Shown here: piece by piece, positions 1 through 12,799 of the stretch
How positions within the stretch are numbered: the first letter of the stretch is position 1
How the letters are laid out: each line of letters opens with the position of its first letter
NCBI GenBank assembly: GCA_030141605.1
Contig: JAQGDQ010000022.1
Location: 992,001 to 1,056,000, forward strand
DNA: 64,000 nt
Direction: 5' to 3'
Source of the DNA: Tubiluchus corallicola
Lineage: Eukaryota > Animalia > Priapulida
The notes under the pieces: model-generated
Seen by the model: the letters and a program-made list of their open reading frames with translations, nothing else
Databases searched by the model: none
What the model was told of the DNA's origin: nothing
Translations under genes and position numbers: made by a program

Positions 1-3000
1 ATTCAGTGTTACGAATTTCGATTGTATATATACTGTTCCCGTGGATGGCTGTGCAAAGTACTTCATACACACTTGTCCATGAATTATAAAACACTGCATT
101 CGAATTCCAGCTGCACACCTAGGAAAATATTATCTAGATCGGATTTAATCTTCAAAATGTAAGCAAATCTTTCACGGAAGATGTCTGGTGCCTTGCTTGA
201 CATGTACTGAAATGATTATTTCTACTTTACTTGACTAGTAGCTAAAGTACTTAAGAAGCCATAGTCTAAGTATTTACTGTTAGAACCCTGGTAGTAGTGT
301 TTTCAACGTTTATGTGAGCAACAGCTGGTTTGCAGACAACCCTGTGAAATATTGAGGAGCCCAAATGTGGCCATTTAAAAATATTATCTCAACAAGGATT
401 TCCTCTTCCCATCTGCCGCTGCATCTTCATCTTTTCCGCCCACTATTATTTATACTAACGGCTATTGCATTTTGCCATATTTTTCTACTGAAAGCCATAA
501 ATTACCCGCCAAGTGAAAATGCAGTATTGGTTTCTCTGCGCCTCAGCTCGAGCTGTCTCAGAGACACCACATTTCTAAATTTACAAATAAATACGGCAAA
601 GCGCGAGCTGTGCACAGCCAACGGGGATTAAAACGGGCTTCATCTCCAACTTCTTTCTCTGTGTACATGTTCAGCGAAGTTGTTAAAACGGCGGCTTTTC
701 GCGAGTCTGTCTGCCGACGTTGGTGCCATGGCAGTAGTCTCCCCCTCTCAAATATTATGAAACTCAATCAGAACGTGGTGCCGTTCTCTAATCTCGCGAA
801 TAAACGCGCGGCACTTGCGAAAACTGAACGTCATCAATAGCGCATCTTAGCAATCCGCGAGGCCCCGCCGGGAGTCGCCGATAATTAGATTAAGTTTGCT
901 GTGGAAAAATGGCTGATAAACTTGGCAGGCTTAGCGAGGAGACAGAAACATTCCATGTTGATCTTCTTCAATTCCTGTTGAGTAAGGGATGCATCAGAGG
1001 AATGCGTTTCATTGAAAACTGCATTGAGTGGCGCCTCGAGCTTCTTAAGGACCCACCTAGGTGACGTGTGATGACATGCAGCTCATGACACAGAGGAGAA
1101 GATGCTACCGAACAACAACTTACATTATCTCCGTCATAAACTATAGTATTTGTGATTGGAGTTTTTAAATGAAAGCATTCAAACTGCTTTATAAGGCAAA
1201 CCAAAGAATTAAGAGTTAAAATTTGAAATTTCATGAAAACAAAATTCTGTTACGCCACCTAGCCTGGATAGTTCTTTAGTTTTCGCAAATGAAGTGACTG
1301 TACATGATAACTACAACACTTCTGTGTTTTTTTTCAGATTAACAAAAGAACCGTCATAACACGTAAAACGTAAGTTAAACGCTGGAGATCTCCAATTGCT
1401 GGGGATCAGCGTGAGTTTAAAAGACTGAAAAGTATACATCACACCGCAGTTCCTTTCCTAGTCTATTTTTGCATTTTCGCCATATTCACCATAAATAAGA
1501 AATTAGAGATATATGGTCTGTTTAACTTATTCTCTAAAGTAGCGCTAAGAGTATAGTCTATTTTCTTAACGCTTTCTGGCAATCCTTCCATCAGAAATGA
1601 ATTTGATTGAAATAATAATAATTATAAAATGTAGAGGTAATGAAAGTAAATAACAAACAAAACTTAAACTGCTAAAATGACGTGCGTCAATTTATTACAA
1701 AGACACTTTTATTTTACTTTTACGCAATAATCACTTAGTTTTGTAATATGCACTCCGGAAATTAAAAATTAATTTTCTCGGACGGATTCTCCTTGTGCTT
1801 GAGTTTTAGAAATAAGAGATTAAGACGACCTAAAACACAGCCTTGTAATTTTTTGCTAGAACATGATTAATTAGTCAAAAAAGCCTGTCGCTTTCGTAAT
1901 AATAAACAAGCGTTTTTCACTTTCCCTGCATGTTTTAATAAAAACAGCGTTTGGTCATCATTGCTACGCCACCTACACTGCCTTTTTACACGCATTTTCC
2001 GTTATGACCGTTTACTGTGGTTTGATCTCCAACTGTGACCCAGGGATTTCTCCCGATCTTCATTTTCCGTGCTTTAGCAATGCTTCTCATGCAGAAATCT
2101 TAGTAGCTCTTGCACTTTCGTGCGGGAAGACCTTGACAACCTTGACACAAAGCCATAAGTTTTTCACCAACAAACCCTTCCTCAAGTATTGCACTATGCT
2201 AAATTTGATCAGAACTGACTTGGACCGAATGGCCATGCGAAACTATTTAGTGTTGACTGGCGATGAAAAAAGCGAATCAGTAATTTCATGACGTTTCCCA
2301 GCGCAAGACAAAAGTGTAGTGAAGATAAAAATTAAACTAATCTTAATATATGTGTAACAATATAGAGTGTAACTTGCTGATTGTCGATTAAAAAACTTAG
2401 CACAAACGTGTTATACCAGTCACACTGACTAAATGTTAAAGTTCGTTGACTTAGCTCTACAACAAGCGATTAAAAAACAACACTAAATCCTTGTAAACAA
2501 TAAAATTAAACACAGAAAGTTGATCACTGACACGCCTTGCCGATTTAAAAACCGCAAAATATACACTACTAAGCGACACGTTTACTTCAAGAAAGCAAAA
2601 AACACGCTTTCTAATTTTACACTATAACATTTACACTTGGATATTGCATGGCTTATTTACACTTAGGTGCAAGTAATATAATTTTTGCCAAAACAATGCT
2701 TAAAGTGTTTAATCAACATTATAATACGGTGTAAAGTAAAAAAACAAGAGTAATAAAATTATGGCAAATATTTGGAAAATAAGGAGACAGTGTTTATGAA
2801 ATAAAGTAATAGTTAATTCAAAATAACAACCATACTATTGAAATTGCAATCGAGATAATTTCAAATGAAGTATCTTACATTTTGAAAGATAAACTGCAAA
2901 GAGAACAATGGAAAACAACAGAACTCTATGTGAAATTGACAGACTTTATAACATGTTCAACACACATGGACATAAAATACACTACATAAAAAGAAGGGTT

Positions 3001-5967
3001 TAATTTTTCAAGTTAACAGACTTGTTACCGAAACGTATTTCTAAGTCATGAAGAAGGTATTTCACGACAAACTGCATCAATGCAATACAGCAAACTGTAT
3101 TTTATTCAAACTGCACTTTCAAGTTGTTATTCGAACAAGATATAGACTCCGTCTAAGAACCTAGCAATGACAACATTAGTTCATCCATCCAAGATCATCC
3201 AACCAAATTTAAAGTTTGAAACAACTGCTCGAGTGCGAGGCAACGAGGTTACATTCACACTTATACGGTGACGCCGTGCAGGTGTGAATATCCCAGTACA
3301 TGACACATATGCATCCCACGGTGACTTGAAAGACATTTCTGCAACACTGCTGCAAAGCAGCCAGTCTAATAAGCTTTAGCTTTATTCCTAGTCCATAGTT
3401 TATATCGGGAACACTCGAAATGGCTTCCGTATGATCTTTTGAAACTATTGATTATTTAACACATATTGTTAATTAGTGATAGCTTGAAAAATATACTATG
3501 AATTAAAAACCATAAGAGAAATACATCATTTTTGCAAGTATTTTGAGGGCAAACTAAATTATAAATTCATTATGGCGACCTGTCCGCATTCAAATCTAGT
3601 GGCTTCGAAATAAGACTTTACAAAGCATACAAAAAATATCCATTTATTTACGTTGAATTTTCCACTAGCTAAATTTCGTGTAACCGGCGTAAGCAAACAA
3701 CAAAACTTAATGCACACGTACGACCAAATATTGTCCAAATATAATGTAGAATAGGCATACACTCTGCATAATAATTTACTCCAGAATGGGGGTTCAATGT
3801 TATCTTACTAATTTCGCTGAAATTCACAACTTTTCTCTCAGGCTCAAGCAAACGTGAACATTGAACAACATAGGGAGACAACTACTAACAACTCGCTGTA
3901 AAGGCGCGTAGCATTCGGCTCCGAAAGTTCGGTGGAATGTAAAAGCTGTTTATCTCTCTACGCTGCAGGCTAAGGCTAGGCTGTACACGACCATAAACTG
4001 TGTTATACGCACGCATATACAGTATTTACTACTACTGTACAAGAACACAAGCACGCTGACTGGAGCTTGGAGCTACCTCCTGCTAGCCATGTCAGCCAGC
4101 TTTGCTGATCTTCTACGCAGATATTGCGGTAAATGTTGGCTGCCCGAACACGCCGAGCCCAACAGACAAACAAAGAAATAATTTTCATGAGCTTTTAGTG
4201 GCAAATGTGCTCAGGATACGGTCACAAATTTACGAATGCAAAAACTTGGAGAATTCTATTACGGAATGTTTTGGTGTAAACTTGGGCTGTAATAGGTCCT
4301 AGAAAGGTCACGCAGACAAACTGTTAAAATAGAAAATATAAGCAATAAAAAAGACAAAAATGGCAAAAGGAACTGTTTCAAATGAATTTCTCAATCAAAT
4401 GAGAATCCGATCAGAATTTTTAAAGAAATTTTAAGCTATAAGTACTGGTTAGCATTTGAAAATCCTACGTATGATCGGCTATTTTTAACTGTAAATCTAC
4501 ATTCACCATTTCTGTAGTCACAGCTTTGCAATAAAGTATTATTTTGATAGAAAACATGACATGACGTTTTTTGCTTGTAAACCCACAAAAGTTGCACGGC
4601 TCCATTTTTTATTGGCTGCCACGACATATCGCGCCAATTATGTGAAAAATATGGCAATTCATTTTTGCAGGGATAATAGTTTTATGCCTACAATATGCTA
4701 GCCCATAAAGAAAGCTACGTGAAACATTGCACGATAATAACACCACTATACAGTATTCTCAATATCAACAGCACAAGTTGCTTGTTCACATATCTAGACG
4801 ACAATAAACACGACAATAAATATGTAATGAGTTATTGCATACCTGGCGCCAGAAACACCTATATATTGAACACAGCAAAGTCCTTAACTAACATAGTCTT
4901 GTAATAGTTGAAGGTCTTGATGTAGTTTTGGTAGATACTAAATAATGAATACTGAATACTTTAATCTTCTGGTTCACAATTATTGATTTCTGATCGCCGC
5001 TCCTCCCCCTTCCCCACTTTAATGTCACCAGTAAAATGGAAGGATGGTTACAGCAAAAACCACAGAGCTCTGCGTGAGCTGTAAATTCACTGTAATGATT
5101 CACTGCATACTTGTAAAACCTCCAGTGCAAGATTTCAACAGATCAAAACGCATTCAAATCTCTATCCTGCTGTACCAAGCTGCCAAGCTGCAATAAATTT
5201 CATTTCCTAAGTGTCTATAGCTTAAAGGTCAAGTGATCCACAGCCTTTCTTTCAACACTCATACTATAAGATGCGGGCAGCGTGTTAGTAAAGTTAGTTT
5301 TCGGTAATAACAATACTCCATTTTAAAAAGAATTTGGAGATCGAGAAGCAAGTTTGTCGTTGAGAAAATTCAAATTTTAATTTTTGACTTGCCCAGATCG
5401 TTCTAAAGTTAACAGAGCAGAATACCTCAGCAGAGACTCAGCAGTAAGCAGTAAACACCATGCAGACCTGCCACTTCAGGTAAGGCAGAACAGTGGGTGG
5501 TACTTAAACAATACTGCCCGCTATTCAACCTCGTGATACAGGTGTAAAAATAGACCAGGCTTAAAACAAACGTATCAGAACAATGGCTACTTGGATGGAG
5601 TTACTGGTAAGTATATTAGGCAAGTATCTTCCTTGACGAATTCACTAAATTGTCTTTAAGGCTACACCCGTGAGGAGGCGTGGCAGCAACATGAATGAGG
5701 GGCGTCTAAATTTCATATTACATTTGAAACTGTCGCCCTTGCTCCTTTTATGCTGTAAGTTCTTATACTTTAAATAAAATCTGGGTCCTCCAAGGTCCTT
5801 GTCGGCAATATAGGCCTATATTTATAATTTTTTCTAAATGCATGCAACAAAGCACAACCTGCCAAGCAAACTGATAACAGTTCTGACAGTTTTTCTGCAT
5901 GTTTCTGTGACACTAAAACTGCAATACTTGGGCAAGATTTCAAGCTGTTCATAAATAAAACACTTAC

Positions 5968-8031
5968 CAGCGCAGTCTCGACCACTGAAAGATCTATAAG
6001 GATCACATGTCTCTGTACTTCCCGGAGAATACCTCTCCATCCGCCACACTGGATTTAAAGCTACACAAAACAGAAGAACTGTTAAAACAAGTCTGTGTTT
6101 GTTATGGGCAGGGCATAGTAAACTGTCAGTTTCAGGATATCTCCAAAATCTATATTGAATAAAATTTGCACAAATGTATTGTTAAACTTACAGTTTAGTG
6201 GAATTTTGTATAATTAATAGATTGCAATAAAAAACTAGCCTATACAGACATTTTCTCTTACTGCAGATTTGCAGTACTAAGGCGGCAAGAAATAGTATCT
6301 AACTTTAAAGTACTTCTGAAAAGTGCTGCAAATATATATTCTCATTGAGAACCTAGTTATTTCAAGAAAGTTACCTGAAGCTTCAGCATTTCTGTCTGCA
6401 CAAAACTGCTTATATGGAGGTGGTGGCGAGTCTGAAAAAACAATAAAGAAATTTTTGACTTATCTTATCTCACCTCTCTACGTTATCAGCTAGCAGCCAC
6501 CTAAAAATCCAGAGAACAGTCTGTAGTCTCTGTACCCAGAGTTTCAGCATTTATTTTCAAAAAGTTACGAAGGCAATCTTTCTGATTGTTTGTGTCTAGG
6601 AATATTTTGAAAAGGTTAAACATGTACAGTTTGTATTACTTGCATAGACAGAAACTGACTGGTAAGGGCTCTTGGTGCCTGTTTAGTGGTAAGAGTCATT
6701 CTACAAAAAACAAAACAAAACTGGCTGTATCTTGAGAGGAAATACATTATAGAACATATTTTCATTATCTTAATGAAAATAACACCTCCCAGTGGAAAAA
6801 AACTAAAAACAAAAATTACTTCTCCTTAAAATACACGTGTATTAATGTTGGCATTTGTTTGCCAACTCACACTGCCTGTGCTTTAATTCAGCAAGGAGGC
6901 ACGCGTGCAGCGGTTAACATAATAATAAACGAGTGAATCCTTCCGATATGTAAAGCAGATGTTCTTGGACGCCTGTCTACTGTAACTCCTTCACACATTA
7001 GTCATTACCCAGGCGCCACAGACTACAATAACCTACAGCTGATCGGTGTATCGATTCCCTAACTGGAGTTTTACGTTACTCTCTTCAATTGAAAGGAAAT
7101 ACAATAGCATCGCAATTTTATAATAAATACAATTAAACTATCACAGACGTCATAGAAGTAATATTCAGCCATATATTTTAGTAATTAACAAGATGATGTA
7201 CCAAACGACAGACGTGGTCGTTTCGGAAAAACCAACCAGTCAACAATACACAGGTAGGCGCCTGAACGTAAGTTAATGTACAACGGTATGGAGGTCATGC
7301 TAAGTGAGCTAGCGCTTGCGTCTGTAAGAAAATATTTTCTTGAACACAAATGCTTAGAATAGAAAACGCATGCAACATTTAGTGTCTATTTACAGTAGGC
7401 TTCACAGGTGTGTTATGTACAAACTACAGTATACGTCTATCATTAAATGTGCACTGTATCTGATTACAGAATGTGAATACAGTAAATTTTTGTGTAGTCA
7501 AGTTGAATGATTACATTCAAACAATAAGACTTACTAAGCATTTTGTCACATTTTCATTGTTTTCCGAAAATGTGCTAGCTTATATTTTTCAATGACACTA
7601 ATTTAAAAGTACAAGTACACTGTCATAAATATTATACTAGCCTATAGCTAAAATGACATCGTACCTGGTATACACAACTGGCTCCAGTGATGGGGATTTA
7701 TACAGACTGATTTCATATTTCCAGAACTTTTACATTCTGGCAGCCTCCGAAGAGGCGCATTCTGCCATAAATCTGACCACCTCCACAGTTTGCAGAACAG
7801 CACGTGAGGCGATATGGCTCCGTTAATGGTCACCACACTTTCATTTGGGACCAACACGCAGTCTGTCTGCTGGGCCCCTCCAGATTCCACAGCTAACAGG
7901 AGAGTAGTCAACTCTAGCTCTGATAGCTGCTTGAGAAAATTATGAGCTCCAAAGGTGTCCAACTCCGTTTTTCTCTGTTTCCATAATCGCTTAATGGTGC
8001 TGGTCCTGCGAAATCCAGGCATACGAAACAT
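5968..8031 (-). CDS. SMAD6/7: Inhibitory Smad (Smad6/7 family), N-terminal three coding exons; MH2 exon not found in window
   Basis: Exons 8031-7665, 6431-6375, 6060-5968, all GT-AG with phase-1 joins. Starts MFR...IKRLW (I-Smad-type N-terminus; an upstream in-frame ATG at 8058 is an alternative start). Has divergent MH1 'LLLAVESGG...CVLV...PHVLFCKLWRWSDL...LRRLPEC...VCINPHHWS', PY motif 'DSPPPPY' and linker 'STET'. No MH2-coding exon was recognisable in 1-5967, so the gene probably continues past the left edge through a long intron. Confidence 0.9.
6968..7324. promoter_or_regulatory. Candidate BMP/TGF-beta response cluster in Smad6/7 intron 1
   Basis: GACGCC-TGTCT (6968-6978), GGCGCC-A-CAGAC (7012-7023), further CAGAC near 7144 and 7209, GGCGCC 7257-7262 and GTCTG near 7320, within otherwise AT-rich intron. 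Confidence 0.4.
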
Positions 8032-8364
8032 GCACCCGATGCATACTAAACTGCTCATAAGCTCACATAGTTTAACTCTACCGATGATAGAAACTTCTAG
8101 CTTTTAGAATTACAATAACTGCATGTAATACACAAAATTTAACTTTAATCATAAAAACTTCCTTCGGCTTGTTCACATACAATGTTCACGACTTGAGAAA
8201 TTCTTATCACGGTCAGCTTTGGCTTAAATGTATTTTTTATTTCAAGATCAGTCTGTACACCATGTAATGCAAAACAAAACACATCATACTGCCAAGTCTT
8301 CCTGCGTTCAGCTTGCTACTGCCAGAGTCACTGACAAAATTAGTCTAGTAATCCGCCTTTTCCC

Positions 8365-8409
8365 ATTGGCTGAGTCGGAGCCACGTGATCGTCTAGACTC
8401 TGTGGCGCA
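8365..8409 (-). promoter_or_regulatory. Smad6/7 proximal promoter module: palindromic Smad-binding element + 3 bp + E-box, overlapping BMP-type GC-box, CCAAT box
   Basis: On the gene strand reads TGCGCC-ACAGA-GTCTAGAC-GAT-CACGTG...CCAAT (GTCTAGAC 8391-8398, CACGTG 8382-8387, CCAAT 8365-8369), about 350 bp upstream of the ATG. Confidence 0.7.
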
Positions 8410-11340
8410 AAGCACATTCTATAGCGACTGGACGCAGATTGTTACGCAAATAAAAATGGTTAGACTGGTATTTTCACCACCCTGTATTGTAGCAATCGTT
8501 TCATTATACCGCGAATCATTAGTTAATTAAAACAAACTATACGAATTATGCATTTTTCCGAAAAGCACCCAATAGGTTTTGCTTGGCTTTTTCGATTGTT
8601 ACCGAATGTCATCATTTTCGATCAAAAGACTTGGAACTTGCGGTACGTTATTTTAGTGCTCCCAGAAAATTGTATAACTTTTTATTTAAATATACATAGA
8701 TTAGCCGTGCAAATTTTTAGATGTCATCAAGAAATCGATTTTGTAATTATTAACGATTATTGTTAACCTAAGTTATGAAAGCTAGTTTCAGAAAGAAACT
8801 GTAGTAAAAAGTTAAAGCTGTACCTATACTGATTTACAACTACCTATGTAATGACAATTATTATTTATTTTACTGCATTTCAAGAAAAATAGGATTGAGA
8901 TAATAGTAACTCAGAATAAATGCATTTTCATTAGCAATCTGAAATTCGGTATGAAAGAAAATACAAAAGATACAAAATTGCAAATTTGCTGCACTTCGTT
9001 GGTAAAAACAGCATAGCTTTACGAAAATAAACAAATCTCGTGGAAATATACTTGTAATTACATTTCAAGAATTTACTGTGTTTGCAAACGAACACGAAAA
9101 GCGCCAAGTTTCGTTAATCAACTGATTTTGTCTATTGCAAAGCATTACAGGTTCAGTCGCCTCGCGTCCGACGCTATAACAATGGCGGCGGCCTTTTGCA
9201 ATGACCCAGTATCTAAATGTGCAGAGCATTGTTCATTGTTCTGAATATTTACTAGATGTAATAGCTGTGGTAGAATCGACACCCGTGTTGTCGTACCTTT
9301 TGTCTTTAATAGTTTTTTAGTCCATCACTTTGCATTAGTTTACATTTTGCTATGATTGAACACTATTGTATGCACTTTTTTGTCTACTAGAAACTCAATA
9401 TTTTGCACCATAATTTAATCAGCAAACGTCTTAAATGCAAAACTTAATAATTTTTAATTACTTGGTGCATTAATTAATTAATTACATTAATAACAATTCT
9501 GAGAGAGTGGCTGGCGTTGATAACTCATTTCTTTCGCCAACCCTTCACCATTCTAATCAATCACTTTTGCACATTCTAATATTATTGAATATTGCACAGA
9601 ATTATAAATTGCTTAGTTATGTATTTTGCTATTATAAAAATGGTGATAAACTAATAATCTTACTTAAAAGGCTTACTCACTCACTCACTCACTCACTTAC
9701 TGGACTGGGAAGGGTTAATTAATCTCAAAACCGTTTTGCCTTTTTTGTTCGATAAATAAATTACACATAAAAACTAAGTGAACATGGGTTTACGAAACAG
9801 AAATCAAATGAAACGCACTCAGACGTCAAATTTAAAGTTCATGATAATTTCTCTCACTGGGTTTCCTTATATTGCAGTAGTAATAGCATTTTGTTTTTGT
9901 TGCGTATTAAAGTAACAAAAACAACAATAACTGATGCTCGTGACAGAAAAGTAAACATTCGTTCAGATATTCTGTTTACAATCTCGAGTATAACTGTTCC
10001 AGAGTCTGATGTATATCACTTAATAAAAATACTGTGACGGTTTTTTCCTGTTAATGTTAGAAGCCATGTCGTTTGACGGGCGTGCTGCCTAGACTTGTCG
10101 TCGCTCTGTACATTTTCATTCGCCGTACTGATTCTGGATGTTTTCCTATATATGTATTCGAGCGTGGTTGCGACATCTCTACTGGTTCAATGACTTACTA
10201 TTACATTACATACATGTTGCCCTAGTTCATTTGACTTATGGTAATGTCAGCCATCACCTCTTTCTTTTGTGGAAACTTGAATGCCGTTGATGTTATTTGA
10301 ATTTCATTTTTTTCTGATTAAATTGGATTAGAACTATTATCTTCATGGTTCTCCCAACCTACTGACTGATGGCTCCACTATATCTGTGTATTAAGTCGAT
10401 TTAAATTCGATACCGAATTGCGAATTTAGCAGTGTCTAGGTTTTTTGCTGGATTACTGCCATGTTTATCTGTCTTGAGGGTATTATTTGTATTAGAATTC
10501 TGCCAACCCAATGTCCACAATAGACGTAATGGGTATAATATGACGATGATGGTGCACTTTTTTAGTTAAGTTAATTTTCATAGAAATGGCTTCAGCGACT
10601 ACTATTCTTACTTGAGGTTAGCAAAGTTCCTAAAACGTTGGCTGTGTAATACAAAATTCTATGACAACATCCATCGCATTTCTCCTTCACACAACCTGTT
10701 TAATGGAGCTCTATGAATTTTTATGATCACAGCACTTTCAACCAATAATAAGCGTTAGGCGATGGAATTATTATGCTGTCGCCATCTATGCAGTCTGGTA
10801 AACATTTCTGACTTCGATTACTTGAATTTAATTGTGCGACTTCCTGCTTGAACTTTTATACTGATACGTAAAAATGTCTGAATGTAGCCTGCTAGTGAGC
10901 TTCACAACAATAAGTATTCTCCATGCTTGCCGTAAAAATTAATTCCAGTAGTAAGAAACCGAGCACTTCATTGTGTGAGACCCTTTGAATTTTACACATA
11001 CTCGATTGTACCCACGAAGCCAGCCTAACTGTCATGAAATGGCCAGAGAATGCAATATCCGCTACACTAACAGCATCTTAATAGCTGTTGCCGAGGCAAA
11101 TTATTATTCATGCTAAAGGCCATCTGCAAAATTAATTAAACATTAACTACGCAGAATTCACCATTTTCAGTTTATTATTATTATAATAATGACGAGAATC
11201 GAAGACAGCAGGTCTAAAAAACACAGTACAAATACATAAAATACGTGTACCTGACAATTCATTGTAATGAATACATGTAGCATACTTTATTCCGAGATCA
11301 ATCCAAAAAACGCACGAAAGCAAAGAAACTTTGAAAAAAT

Positions 11341-11392
11341 TACACTCCACAAGGACTTGAACCCAGGCCTTCTGCTTTCTGGCCGGCTATGT
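11341..11392 (-). repeat. tRNA-like fragment (probable SINE head remnant)
   Basis: Minus strand contains ...GCAGAAGGCCTGGGTTCAAGTCCT..., a T-arm/B-box motif; no complete cloverleaf. Confidence 0.3.
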
Positions 11393-12756
11393 TTAATTTC
11401 AGCAATTCAAACAATGTCTAATTTCCTAATTTTATCATGAACAATAAGTTGCCTCAGCAATATTAGATAGATTAGGTCAACATTATGTTGACACTTGGAC
11501 TTGTCAACCCAGCTGTTATTTGTTACAATTTATTTGTGGGTTACAAATCAAATTGTGCAACTTAAACGTTTTGCACTGAATCACGCAAGAAATAAAATGT
11601 TTGGTTTATTAGAATCCAACAGAGTTAAATCAGCACTGCTCACAGAATTATGAGGCAAACAAATTGAAAATAGCATCCCCTCCCATGAAAAAAACAAAAC
11701 AAAGTTCACATATATAGGAGCTAACAGTAATTTTATTTCTATTGGGCTATGAGTATACTGTATTGTAATTACATAACTGATAAGTCAGCAGCCATCTATC
11801 TACAGAAATTTGTAATTATGTGGATTATAATCATGTAACTTCATTATGAGTCGCACAACAACCCATAACATATACGAAATGTGCATATATAAATGTTATG
11901 TATGCAACCAGAATGTTAAAATAGTTAACATTCACATGCATACTTCCCATTGTTCTCATTATCCAACAAAAGGTCCAAGGTACTTAGCGCCAGTATACAA
12001 TCACAAAATGTACACTATTGCCTCTGGAGAAAGAAATTAATAGCCTTGAACAGGTTAAATGAAGGTATCAAGTAGTTCACATTTAAAAATTTAGAAAAGC
12101 ATTTCAGCTCTTCTCAAACATTTACTGTATCATCCTTCCCTAAATAAATCTATGTTCATTTAAAAATCTAGTACCAGCAATACATGCACTGCATATATTT
12201 AAAACTCAAAACACCAGAATTTAATGTGAGTCTCACTGTTAAATACAGTGGCAAATTAACAGGAACAACAATTATAACGATTAAAAAAGAGATTAAGAAC
12301 CAAAAGTTTTAACTAATTCAGATTTACTTTCTCAATTCAGTGATTTAAATACATATATTCAACTGTATTTCAAGCAGGCTGGTGGAATTATCAGCATTTT
12401 TAAACTAATTAACTAAAAACTAGCTGAATGATAATACTGGTGTACCATGAACCAATGGCAGTTAACTTTTGTCTTGCACAGTGCTGTTAACAACAAAGCC
12501 AAGTGTGTAAGTAAACACAGCTATTTTGATTTCTAACTACCCGTAAATATCTAAAGACCTAAGGTTAAATTTTCCTCACTTCCACAATGACTAAAGACTT
12601 CCATGCACAGCAAATTAATTAAATTTATATCTGGTCAATATTAATATTAGAGTCCTAAATAATACCATTCACAACGAAGTTAAGTACAGATCGTAGTAAT
12701 ATACCAAAATCATCCTTTCCTGTGTTCGCCTTAGAAATATTAATAGCGAACAAATA

Positions 12757-12759
<3 letters not shown>

Positions 12760-12797
<38 letters not shown>
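12760..12797. repeat. (AT)n microsatellite
   Basis: Uninterrupted AT dinucleotide run. Confidence 0.95.

Positions 12798-12799
<2 letters not shown>

Noticed and set aside
3170-3420. Possible Smad6/7 MH2 exon (minus-strand 'VMYWD' resembling 'VAYWE')
   Set aside because: Surrounding translation lacks RVG, GFCL, SFxKGWG and CPCW motifs and hits stops; MH2 is probably outside the window.
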